IMG/VR virus record: IMGVR_UViG_2695420871_000006
Direction: 5' to 3' (one strand)
Length of the DNA stretch: 30,728 nucleotides
From: a virus
Taxonomy: Duplodnaviria > Heunggongvirae > Uroviricota > Caudoviricetes
Positions 1 to 6,922 of the stretch are shown piece by piece. Made by a program: the position numbers and the translations under genes. Within the stretch, counting starts at the first letter, position 1; each line of letters starts with the position of its first letter. The notes beneath the pieces were generated by a model, which saw only the letters and a list, made by a program, of their open reading frames with translations, made no database searches and was not told where the DNA came from.

Positions 1-195
1 GAGCTGCATGACAAAGTCATCGGGCATTATCTGAACATAAAACACTATCAATAAGTTGGAGTCATTACCGGCTGGCGGAGCCTTCAGTCTATTTTAATGC
101 CGCCAACGGGCCGTGGAGAATTGCTCTGGCCTATTATCAGGAAGGGCCGGTAGATTATAGCGCGGGTAAACGTGGAACGTGTATAGCGCGGCGAT

Positions 196-268
196 TTTTT
201 TGATACCGATTTGCATTTCATTTGATACCGCTGAAAAACGCCGATACGCAACTTATTTGATACTAAAT
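196..268. repeat. Three direct copies of TTTGATAC(C/T) at 199-208, 221-230 and 256-265; candidate transposase end-binding sites of the prophage right end
   Basis: Repeats read directly from the sequence. The first two are 22 bp apart, the spacing typical of MuA-type end sites (inference). Confidence 0.4.
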
Positions 269-309
269 CGGCGCTTTTCTTTTGAGTTTTAGAATGAGTT
301 TTTAAGCGT

Positions 310-1047
310 TCATTCACTCTCTTTCAAACCAGTTTTAACTGTTTGTGGTTTTGGGTAAGGCTGGACTTTGAATAGCTTTGTGTTAAGGCGTTTTCTGGCT
401 CTCTTGTCCAGAAACCGGATGTAACGAAACTGACGGAATTTATGAACACTGGCTCTGTCGATATTAGCCCGCAGATGTTCACCTCGCTGTCCTCCTCGTT
501 TGATTGCATTCTTGCAAATCTCGTGATACCACTCGCCATCAAGTTCATAGAATGTTGTTTCATGACTGCCTACATAATCAAAATTGCTTGCCTGGTACAC
601 GACACCAAGACAGCCACAACGCTCATCTGCAAACGACTGAACCCACTGCACCTGCGGATAAAGTTGTCTGATTAGTTTGAGCGCGTAACTGATTGCCCTT
701 GATTCAGAGTTTCTCGGCATACAGTCATGCAGCCATAACCGGTTAAGCTCCATATATTCGCGGTTCTGCGTGCCAGTTACGACGCGTGCACCATTGTTTG
801 GATTAAGGGCATAACCCCATTGCATTACGCCAACCAGCTCCCGTTCTGAAAATATGCCCAGATGAAGGTAGGAATTATTTACGAAACGATGGCTGTAATG
901 TTTATTGACGACGACCAGCCGGGCCAGCCAGCAACTTATTGTCTCAACCCGTAACTCACGGGAGCCATAACCGACGATATTGTCGTTATAGTGAATAAGT
1001 TCAGGCGTGCTGATGATACGGGATGTAACTTGCTTTCTGTTCCCCAC
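310..1047 (-). CDS. mom: Mom-like DNA (adenine) modification protein, anti-restriction. Start uncertain: GTG at 1045-1047 is proposed, but the frame is open up to 1242.
   Basis: Large ORF overlapping and immediately downstream of com, and the last gene before the phage end as in Mu. The proposed GTG lies in the 3' arm of a hairpin with AAGGAAA in the loop. Confidence 0.7.
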   Translation of the reverse strand: MGNRKQVTSRIISTPELIHYNDNIVGYGSRELRVETISCWLARLVVVNKHYSHRFVNNSYLHLGIFSERELVGVMQWGYALNPNNGARVVTGTQNREYMELNRLWLHDCMPRNSESRAISYALKLIRQLYPQVQWVQSFADERCGCLGVVYQASNFDYVGSHETTFYELDGEWYHEICKNAIKRGGQRGEHLRANIDRASVHKFRQFRYIRFLDKRARKRLNTKLFKVQPYPKPQTVKTGLKESE

Positions 1048-1201
1048 GACAGGATTTCCTTGTGTATGTGGGGTGCTCTGTGGCGCTCTGAGATGTGATT
1101 TGATTGAGGGTTTTACAGCGCGGACATTTAACTTCCAGATAACTGAAGCTGGCTCGTGCCAGTAGCTTGTTACAATGTCGGCACCGTATGTTTCGATACA
1201 T
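1001..1201 (-). CDS. com: Com, zinc-finger translational activator of mom (about 66 aa from ATG 1199-1201; the track ORF extends to a TTG at 1246)
   Basis: Protein [34 protein letters not shown]... has a CxxC...CPRC zinc finger resembling Mu Com as recalled from memory. AGGAGG (revcomp of 1212-1217) lies 10 nt upstream of the ATG. Confidence 0.8.
   Translation of the reverse strand: MYRNIRCRHCNKLLARASFSYLEVKCPRCKTLNQITSQSATEHPTYTRKSCRGEQKASYIPYHQHA
1042..1073 (-). promoter_or_regulatory. mRNA hairpin (CCCCAC, 20-nt loop, GUGGGG) sequestering the putative mom GUG start and SD; candidate Com-responsive translational switch
   Basis: Perfect 6-bp GC stem read from the sequence. Matches the established Com mechanism of unmasking the mom translation initiation region. 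Confidence 0.5.
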
Positions 1202-1248
1202 GGCCGCATAACCTCCTGCTTTGTTGTTGATATCTTTATCACTCAATC

Positions 1249-1334
1249 GATCGACAAAAACGATCGATTTGATTTATTTAATTGATACAACAAATAACAC
1301 GAAATGTCATTAGCGAAAATTTATGAGTTTGATC
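1249..1334 (-). promoter_or_regulatory. GATC cluster upstream of com (GATC at 1249-1252, 1262-1265, 1331-1334; two CGATCG palindromes 13 bp apart); candidate Dam-methylation/OxyR-type control region of the mom promoter
   Basis: GATC sites read from the sequence. By analogy with Mu Pmom, where upstream GATC sites confer Dam dependence. Confidence 0.4.
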
Positions 1335-1457
1335 ACTAATTTTAAACGGTGCTGTAACGCATAAGTGCTGAATGATTGTACATTTGAATACCGCAAAGCA
1401 AACAAATCAACTAATTTATAGAAGTCAATTGGTTAATTGCCAGCGTAAGAGGCTGCT

Positions 1458-1751
1458 ATGGACAATCATGTAACGACGAGAAATCGAAAAATGATTGAAA
1501 ATGCGGAAATCTATAATGATTATTTTTCCGATTATTCAGATGCCTGCAAATACAGTTCGAGTGCGGGAGAGTTCATATGCTTCAACTTTTTTATTAAATC
1601 TTATGTTTTTCCTCCACAGCAAGAAGATGGAGGTGTGCCACCTCCTGAAATCACTTTGCACCGTATAGCCTCCGTCTCAATGATGGAGCAACAGGCTAAT
1701 GAGCTGTATAGCATTCTGGGAACGATTCTACAAAAGCGTGAATCGGACTAA
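1458..1751 (+). CDS. Hypothetical protein, 97 aa, AT-rich moron-like gene divergent from com-mom
   Basis: ATG with AAGAGG 6 nt upstream. Visibly AT-rich coding sequence in a GC-richer phage. No recognisable motif. Confidence 0.5.
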   Translation: MDNHVTTRNRKMIENAEIYNDYFSDYSDACKYSSSAGEFICFNFFIKSYVFPPQQEDGGVPPPEITLHRIASVSMMEQQANELYSILGTILQKRESD

Positions 1752-1832
1752 TGATACCGGTTCATTTGCCTGCCCGGATGGGGAAGCAGGATTGACTGCT
1801 CCATAAGCAGCTATATTTCTGAATACGAAATA

Positions 1833-1861
1833 CTATCCAGCGATTACATATGGCTGGATAG
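1833..1861. other. Perfect 9-bp inverted repeat CTATCCAGC/GCTGGATAG with 11-nt spacer, between convergent genes
   Basis: Read from the sequence. Could be a terminator for minus-strand transcripts (followed by U-rich UAUUUCGUAUU on the minus strand) or a protein-binding palindrome. Confidence 0.45.
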
Positions 1862-1885
1862 CGGCAAAGATGTTTTCATTAGTGT

Positions 1886-1920
1886 CAAACCGGCAGAGGA
1901 CACCACCGGTTTGTATTGTT
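1886..1920 (+). terminator. Hairpin CAAACCGG (12-nt loop) CCGGTTTG followed by TATTGTT; candidate intrinsic terminator for the plus-strand ORF 1458-1751
   Basis: 8-bp perfect stem plus a U-rich tail on the plus strand. Confidence 0.4.
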
Positions 1921-2173
1921 ACATCATGGTACTGTCAGTTCCGGGCTGAGCCGGGTCTGGTTGCTCTGGCTGCGCGTCGGTTTTCGGCTCATTATCAGCA
2001 TCACTGGCCGCAACTGCTGGCCCAATAAGTTTTGCCAGCACTTCATCAACGTAAGTGTCGATTTGTGCCTCAAAATCCTTGCGGACCTGCGCTTTCAGCA
2101 ACTTATTTACTTCACCGGAATACAGTGCCTGTTTTACCAGGTCTTCAGTGACGGTGCCTTTAATTTCTGGCAT
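1919..2173 (-). CDS. Hypothetical small acidic protein, 84 aa, with Pro/Gln-rich C-terminal tail
   Basis: ATG 2171-2173 with AGGAGG (revcomp of 2180-2185) 6 nt upstream. Estimated net charge about -8. Confidence 0.6.
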   Translation of the reverse strand: MPEIKGTVTEDLVKQALYSGEVNKLLKAQVRKDFEAQIDTYVDEVLAKLIGPAVAASDADNEPKTDAQPEQPDPAQPGTDSTMM

Positions 2174-2208
2174 GTATATCCTCCTTATGCGGGAATAAAG
2201 CCCTGCAA

Positions 2209-2391
2209 TCAGGGCTGGGTCGGGTCTTTTGGGAGCGGAGTTACCTGCGCTGTTTTACTGAGTTTTTCAGCTGCTGCGTCCTCAATTTTGCGGCGAACAT
2301 AATTTCTGATGGCCTTATAACCACCACTCACCAGATATAACGCACATACTGCCGTGCAGAAATACAATAAAATAAGCTGTAAAAATGTCAT
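2209..2391 (-). CDS. Hypothetical small membrane protein, 60 aa from ATG 2389-2391: one N-terminal TM helix followed by a basic segment
   Basis: GGAGGG immediately upstream of the ATG. Hydrophobic FLQLILLYFCTAVCALYLV followed by KAIRNYVRRK (positive-inside). The track TTG start at 2403 is less likely. Confidence 0.6.
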   Translation of the reverse strand: MTFLQLILLYFCTAVCALYLVSGGYKAIRNYVRRKIEDAAAEKLSKTAQVTPLPKDPTQP

Positions 2392-2406
2392 TATCCCTCC
2401 CAATTA

Positions 2407-2433
2407 TTGACATGGTGTTGACACCGGTAATAT
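2407..2433 (+). promoter_or_regulatory. Candidate sigma70-type promoter on the plus strand: TTGACA (2407-2412; second copy 2418-2423), 15-bp spacer, TAATAT (2428-2433)
   Basis: Consensus hexamers read from the sequence. No plus-strand ORF lies downstream before the terminator at 2488-2529. Confidence 0.3.
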
Positions 2434-2487
2434 CTGTTAGGTAAAAAGGTGCACTGCATTTTTTGCTTTGGATATAACGATCTTTTT

Positions 2488-2529
2488 GCCGCCGGTTTCT
2501 TGTTTTCCCTTACCGGCGGCATTTTTTTA
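2488..2529 (+). terminator. Strong rho-independent terminator on the plus strand: GCCGCCGGT (15-nt pyrimidine-rich loop) ACCGGCGGC followed by ATTTTTTTAT
   Basis: 9-bp GC-rich perfect stem followed by a T7 run on the plus strand. On the minus strand it is followed by AAAAAG, so it is not a terminator for the esterase gene. Confidence 0.7.
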
Positions 2530-2535
2530 TCCTGC

Positions 2536-4590
2536 TTACGCGTTATTCACTTCCACCACGATACTGTCAATCAGTACCGGGTAAGTCGCATTTTTAGTGA
2601 TATCGGTCACGCGCAACTTGTCTGCCGTAAACGTGCCGACCGGAGACTGCGACAGCATGAATGGTGTCCCGTCCTTACCATCAATGACCGGCGTCACCTC
2701 AATACTGTTGTTACCGGCAAAACGGAAGCCCAGCGTATGCCATTCGTTATTAAATGCACCGAATGACCCCAGTTTCGTGTTTTGCGCCGTATTGCCCTTG
2801 TGGTACATCACGTTAAGGTCTGTGGCATCGCTCTGTACATAGAATGACGCCAGCAAGTTATGACCTGAATTACCTTCCAGCATGACACCCTGAGGCAGTG
2901 AAGAAACCGGCCAGTATAGCGCCAGTGCATACCGATTAGCCGTAAGCGCACCATCAAGTTTAAAACGACAACTGACAAGACCGCCTTTACCCAGGAGGTC
3001 TGCGCCATTACCAGCATCATGCTCAAGGTACCAGGAGGCTCTTCCTGTTTCCTTGGTCAGTTTCATTGCCTTACCCCCGCTGGCTCCGGCATCATCCACG
3101 ATTTGAGCCTTGCCACCTCCGGCAGCCCAACCCTGTGGTGTCAACCGTCCTTCAGACTCAGATGCCCGGTAAGCAAATAGCGTACTCATCGTCGTGGTGT
3201 CTGCGGGTGGCGTGGACGGTTTTGATGGTGTATCAGGTGACGGCTTCTCATCCGGTGGTGTCACGGTCTGCCCGCGCATCAATTCAGCCGTGCGCCCTGC
3301 ATGGAGCATAATAGCTGAGGCCAGACGGTCTGAAATGACGCCCCTGCGTGCCCATGAGCTGAAATGGCTGTCACGCTGTGTCGAAACAAAACTGCCCTGG
3401 GTTCGGGATGCTGCACCGTAATACCCGACAGCCACAATATCCGGGTCTTCCGCCGGAGCATTCGTTGGCGTGCTCTGTCCATTCTCATCCGTCAGGAACG
3501 GTACAAAGAAAATTTTCTGTGCTTCCTTGCCTTTGTAGCCACCGTATACTGCCTCATATTTATCGGTGCCAGCGTTTTTCCAGTAATACGTGGTATCACC
3601 GCAAATCCACGGCACCGTGGTGGCATTTCCACTCACGCACTGCGCAGCAAGCGGAGCCAGGTCAGTTCTGAACTGCTGAACCATGGCCGTGAATAAACTA
3701 TTATGCTGCTGGCTTCCTGAGGCAAGGTCTGCCTCTCCCTGCATCCAGACCACAGCCAGAAGTTTGTTTTTCGGGTTTTTCGCCAGCGCGACTTTGGTGC
3801 GGCTTACCAGGTCCTGATACAGAGGTTTACCGGCCCCCCAGCGTGAAGAATCAGCGGAAGCACCGCTGGCCTCACTGAATGAGCCGTCGGCTCCAGTGGT
3901 GAATGCTGACCCGCCACGACAACAGGGCACCAGAAGTATCCCCGCATTCTGTGGGATATAGGGAAGCAGTTTTTTGGCAATATGCAACCCCTGACTGACA
4001 GTCCCGTACTGGCCTTTTGCCAGATCAGCTTTCGGGTGGTTTATCCCGCTCATATCCTGAACATCATGCAGGCAGTGGTCTGCCGGAATGATGTCGTTGT
4101 ATGTACACGACGTACCGTTGGGCGTTACCGTACTGCGGCGTGCCAGTTGCTTAATGCGTGGGTCCGGGCGGTCAAACGAATCCGGTAACGGCAGCCCCTC
4201 GCCGTAGGCCATGCCATTTGACTGACCCGCGAGAATGACAACAAAGTAATATTCCGGCTCTGAACTGCTGCCATTCGTGCTACCGGAAGGCCCGGCGTTA
4301 TCCGGTGCATTCCAGTCGGAGGGCGTGAGCGTTCCGGCCACGTCAGATGTGATTGGAATGATGCCAGTCACGCCTGAACTGGTGATTTCTGCACTGGGAT
4401 TACCGGATACCGGCATTACCCATAATGGCTCTTTCGTGCTGAAGCGGATCACGCAGTCTGCGAAGGTGATCCCCCCTTTATTACCCGAAGGGCGGAAAGG
4501 GCTTTCAATAAATGCCACCGTGCCACCGGCAACCTTGACTGAAAACTCTCCGGGCATGGCGGAGAGCATTTTCCACTTGGAGTCTGACAT
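2536..4590 (-). CDS. Prophage cargo carbohydrate O-acetylesterase (SGNH/SASA family, NanS-p-like sialate O-acetylesterase) with N-terminal domain, Pro-rich linker and C-terminal lectin-like domain; 684 aa
   Basis: Motifs LAGQSNGMAYG, CCRGGSAF and VVWMQGEADL match the GQSN / WxQGE(S/A)D signatures of the sialate O-acetylesterase family. Linker PPDEKPSPDTPSKPSTPP. Sits downstream of tail fibre genes as nanS-p genes do in EHEC prophages. Confidence 0.65.
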   Translation of the reverse strand: MSDSKWKMLSAMPGEFSVKVAGGTVAFIESPFRPSGNKGGITFADCVIRFSTKEPLWVMPVSGNPSAEITSSGVTGIIPITSDVAGTLTPSDWNAPDNAGPSGSTNGSSSEPEYYFVVILAGQSNGMAYGEGLPLPDSFDRPDPRIKQLARRSTVTPNGTSCTYNDIIPADHCLHDVQDMSGINHPKADLAKGQYGTVSQGLHIAKKLLPYIPQNAGILLVPCCRGGSAFTTGADGSFSEASGASADSSRWGAGKPLYQDLVSRTKVALAKNPKNKLLAVVWMQGEADLASGSQQHNSLFTAMVQQFRTDLAPLAAQCVSGNATTVPWICGDTTYYWKNAGTDKYEAVYGGYKGKEAQKIFFVPFLTDENGQSTPTNAPAEDPDIVAVGYYGAASRTQGSFVSTQRDSHFSSWARRGVISDRLASAIMLHAGRTAELMRGQTVTPPDEKPSPDTPSKPSTPPADTTTMSTLFAYRASESEGRLTPQGWAAGGGKAQIVDDAGASGGKAMKLTKETGRASWYLEHDAGNGADLLGKGGLVSCRFKLDGALTANRYALALYWPVSSLPQGVMLEGNSGHNLLASFYVQSDATDLNVMYHKGNTAQNTKLGSFGAFNNEWHTLGFRFAGNNSIEVTPVIDGKDGTPFMLSQSPVGTFTADKLRVTDITKNATYPVLIDSIVVEVNNA

Positions 4591-4894
4591 CGTCTTTTCT
4601 GCCTGTTTCTGAATTAAACAGAGTCAGAATAACAACCGCTGATAAATATGTGTTTTGCGGAAATTCAAAAAAAGCATCACGGTACTTTTTGTGACGGAGC
4701 CGGTTAGGCAGGAACATAACGACAAAGGATGGACAGGCCAATACGATAACCGCATATTACCGGCTTATAATTGATTTAACGATTCATGACGCTGCGGTCA
4801 GCATCTGAAAATATGCGTTATTTCAGAAACCCCTTGCCTGTATATGGCGATATTATTATTCCTGTTTTTATCATTGATTTACATGGTGATGTTT

Positions 4895-5416
4895 ATGCAA
4901 CTGATTAATGTTAAACGATATTACCCGGAACAAAAACCCTTTGGTAATGATGTACAGTATTTTCAAAGTGAAGATGGTAAGGATTTCTATGAGTCCCTGC
5001 CATTATTCACCAAAAAATATAAACTTTGCATAACCCCTGACAGCGGTGTTATCTGCTCAATATCACAGGATGCTTCGGCGCTGTATCCTGCGGGTTTTTC
5101 CGTTGTTGAGACAGACGAATTACCTGAAGGTACTGATATTTCAGGTAACTGGAAGTTTGATAATGGTGTCATCTCACAACTCCCGGTTAACTATACCAAA
5201 AAAGCGGAAGCACTGCGCCAGTCATATCTTAATCAGGCATATGAAAAGATTAATGACTGGAGAACTGAGTTACAGCTGGGCACGATTAGTGATGAAAACA
5301 GAGCTGCGCTTACACGATGGATGAAATACATCAGTCAGGTGAAAAAAATGGAACTACCAGCGATTAAAAACAAAGCTGAATTTGACGCCATTAAATGGCC
5401 GGAGAAGCCTGAATAA
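4895..5416 (+). CDS. Tail fibre assembly chaperone (Tfa/U-like), opposite strand to the fibre gene; start at ATG 4895 proposed (track ORF starts at 4844)
   Basis: C-terminus ...TRWMKYISQVKKMELPAIKNKAEFDAIKWPEKPE is typical of Tfa proteins. The gene is AT-rich by eye. Confidence 0.75.
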   Translation: MQLINVKRYYPEQKPFGNDVQYFQSEDGKDFYESLPLFTKKYKLCITPDSGVICSISQDASALYPAGFSVVETDELPEGTDISGNWKFDNGVISQLPVNYTKKAEALRQSYLNQAYEKINDWRTELQLGTISDENRAALTRWMKYISQVKKMELPAIKNKAEFDAIKWPEKPE

Positions 5417-5419
5417 CAT

Positions 5420-5442
5420 AAAGGGTGCTTATCGCACCCTTT
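5420..5442. terminator. Bidirectional intrinsic terminator between convergent tfa (+) and tail fibre (-): AAAGGGTGC (5-nt loop) GCACCCTTT with flanking A/T runs
   Basis: Perfect 9-bp palindrome with a GC core, T-run downstream on both strands. Confidence 0.6.
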
Positions 5443-5450
5443 TCCTTTAA

Positions 5451-6362
5451 TCAGACGGATGAAACTGTGCGCCAGGCATTACCGATATATATCTGCACCG
5501 GACGGTAATAAACGCCTCCGATATTATCGGCTGAACTTTTCCCGGTATCCTGCACGTTAATACCTGAAAGCATACAACCAGAAGGTGCACCATAACTCCA
5601 GGACATTTCATTACCTCCGGGTGAATGGTAACTCTGGGCACCAAGCTGAACGTTGCTAACGTATTTGTTATCAGCAGTAGCTTCAGTCATACCGGAGGTA
5701 ATGTATATGTCCTGCGTCCCGTCAAAAGGAACGCCATTAATATTTCTTGGGGTGGAGAGTTTATTCGCGGCAACGGCGGTGCCGTCCGATGGCAGAGCAT
5801 TCGCCGCCTTATTCACCGTTTCCCGTAAACCGACGTTATCGATAAAAGCCCCTTTATCCGGAATGTCTGCGCCGTTCTGCTCCCTGCGCAGGTAACGGTT
5901 ATCACCTTCGCTTTTGCTGTAAACATCCAGATTATTACGGGCGGTTCCCTTATTCTCCAGGTCGGCGAGATTCTGATCCTTCGCCAGGGCATTAACGTCA
6001 CCGGGACCAAGACTGTTTTTTGTGGCAAGCGTCCCCAGACCAAGATAACCACGGGCCAGACGCTGGGCCTCCGCACCGGCATCAGCAATTTCTTTCAGGT
6101 TATTTTTCCGGGAAAAGGCATTCGCAGCGATAATGGCTTTAATGGACAGCGTAAGCTGGTTTAACTGCGCCTTATCCGGCTGAATACTGGCTTCAGCCAG
6201 AATATTCAGCAGTTCGGCCTGGAGAATATTCAGCCAGTCCTGACCAATCCAGCTGATACCTTTTTGTCCGTCACCTTCGGTAAACCAGGTTGTGGTATTA
6301 CTCTGCGCCGGTGCCAGCGCAGGCATATTCGCCACGCCGGAATTATTATCAACATGAAACAT
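5451..6362 (-). CDS. Tail fibre protein (Mu S-like), 303 aa
   Basis: Follows the baseplate gp47/gp48 homologues. Conserved fibre N-terminus MFHVDNNSGVANMPALAPAQS... and a Gly/Ser-rich tip. Confidence 0.8.
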   Translation of the reverse strand: MFHVDNNSGVANMPALAPAQSNTTTWFTEGDGQKGISWIGQDWLNILQAELLNILAEASIQPDKAQLNQLTLSIKAIIAANAFSRKNNLKEIADAGAEAQRLARGYLGLGTLATKNSLGPGDVNALAKDQNLADLENKGTARNNLDVYSKSEGDNRYLRREQNGADIPDKGAFIDNVGLRETVNKAANALPSDGTAVAANKLSTPRNINGVPFDGTQDIYITSGMTEATADNKYVSNVQLGAQSYHSPGGNEMSWSYGAPSGCMLSGINVQDTGKSSADNIGGVYYRPVQIYIGNAWRTVSSV

Positions 6363-6922
6363 TAAATAGTCTCCTCTTCATGGCTGTTTGCATAAACGTA
6401 AATAAACGTCTGCCATGCAGGCTTATAACGGTTCAGAATACATTCCAGCGCACCGCCTTCATAAATACGCAGCGGCGTGAGAATATCATCCAGCACATTC
6501 ATATTCCGGTAGCCGGTTTCACTGTTAATCGTGACAATACTGACCCACAGCGAATCCGGTGAGGGCTGAATGTCAATCTGATAACCAAACTCCGCCGCAA
6601 ACCGGATATAAAATTCACGGTTCAGCGAGGGCTTCATCCGGTATTTATTTCCGGCATAACGCTGTCGCTCCGTGAGGGTGGCTCCGGCCATATCACACTC
6701 GGGAAGCCCGAGATAACGCTCCCAGTCTTCCAGCAGCAGGCGCGACGTGTCAGGGAAACGCTCGGCAAGCAGCTGTTTACCCGTCCAGGATACACGCGCT
6801 GTCGAATGACTGAGGCCCAGACATAATGATGCCAGTACGGATGACGGACGCTTGTCCCATGCCAGCCCGTCAGGCAGTAACTGCAACAGGGCGCGCTGAT
6901 GTGGGGTCAGGGTTACAGCCAT
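6362..6922 (-). CDS. Baseplate/tail protein, Mu gp48-like (DUF2313-type)
   Basis: Position between baseplate J and the fibre; overlaps the upstream gene. Confidence 0.7.
   Translation of the reverse strand: MAVTLTPHQRALLQLLPDGLAWDKRPSSVLASLCLGLSHSTARVSWTGKQLLAERFPDTSRLLLEDWERYLGLPECDMAGATLTERQRYAGNKYRMKPSLNREFYIRFAAEFGYQIDIQPSPDSLWVSIVTINSETGYRNMNVLDDILTPLRIYEGGALECILNRYKPAWQTFIYVYANSHEEETI

Noticed and set aside
84-317. 77-aa minus-strand ORF spanning the prophage end
   Set aside because: It covers the end repeats and the presumptive host/phage junction, has no SD and a biased basic composition; most likely a chance ORF.
1916-2302. 128-aa plus-strand ORF across the small-gene cassette
   Set aside because: Antisense to two minus-strand genes that have strong SDs; Cys/Trp-rich improbable product.
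4505-4741. 78-aa minus-strand ORF overlapping the esterase start
   Set aside because: Overlaps the esterase N-terminus in another frame and extends into the divergent promoter region; no SD.
2536-6362. Diversity-generating retroelement or Gin-type invertible host-range switch
   Set aside because: No reverse transcriptase or serine invertase ORF anywhere in the window; the palindromes at 4603-4621 and 1833-1861 have spacers incompatible with gix/hix-type sites.
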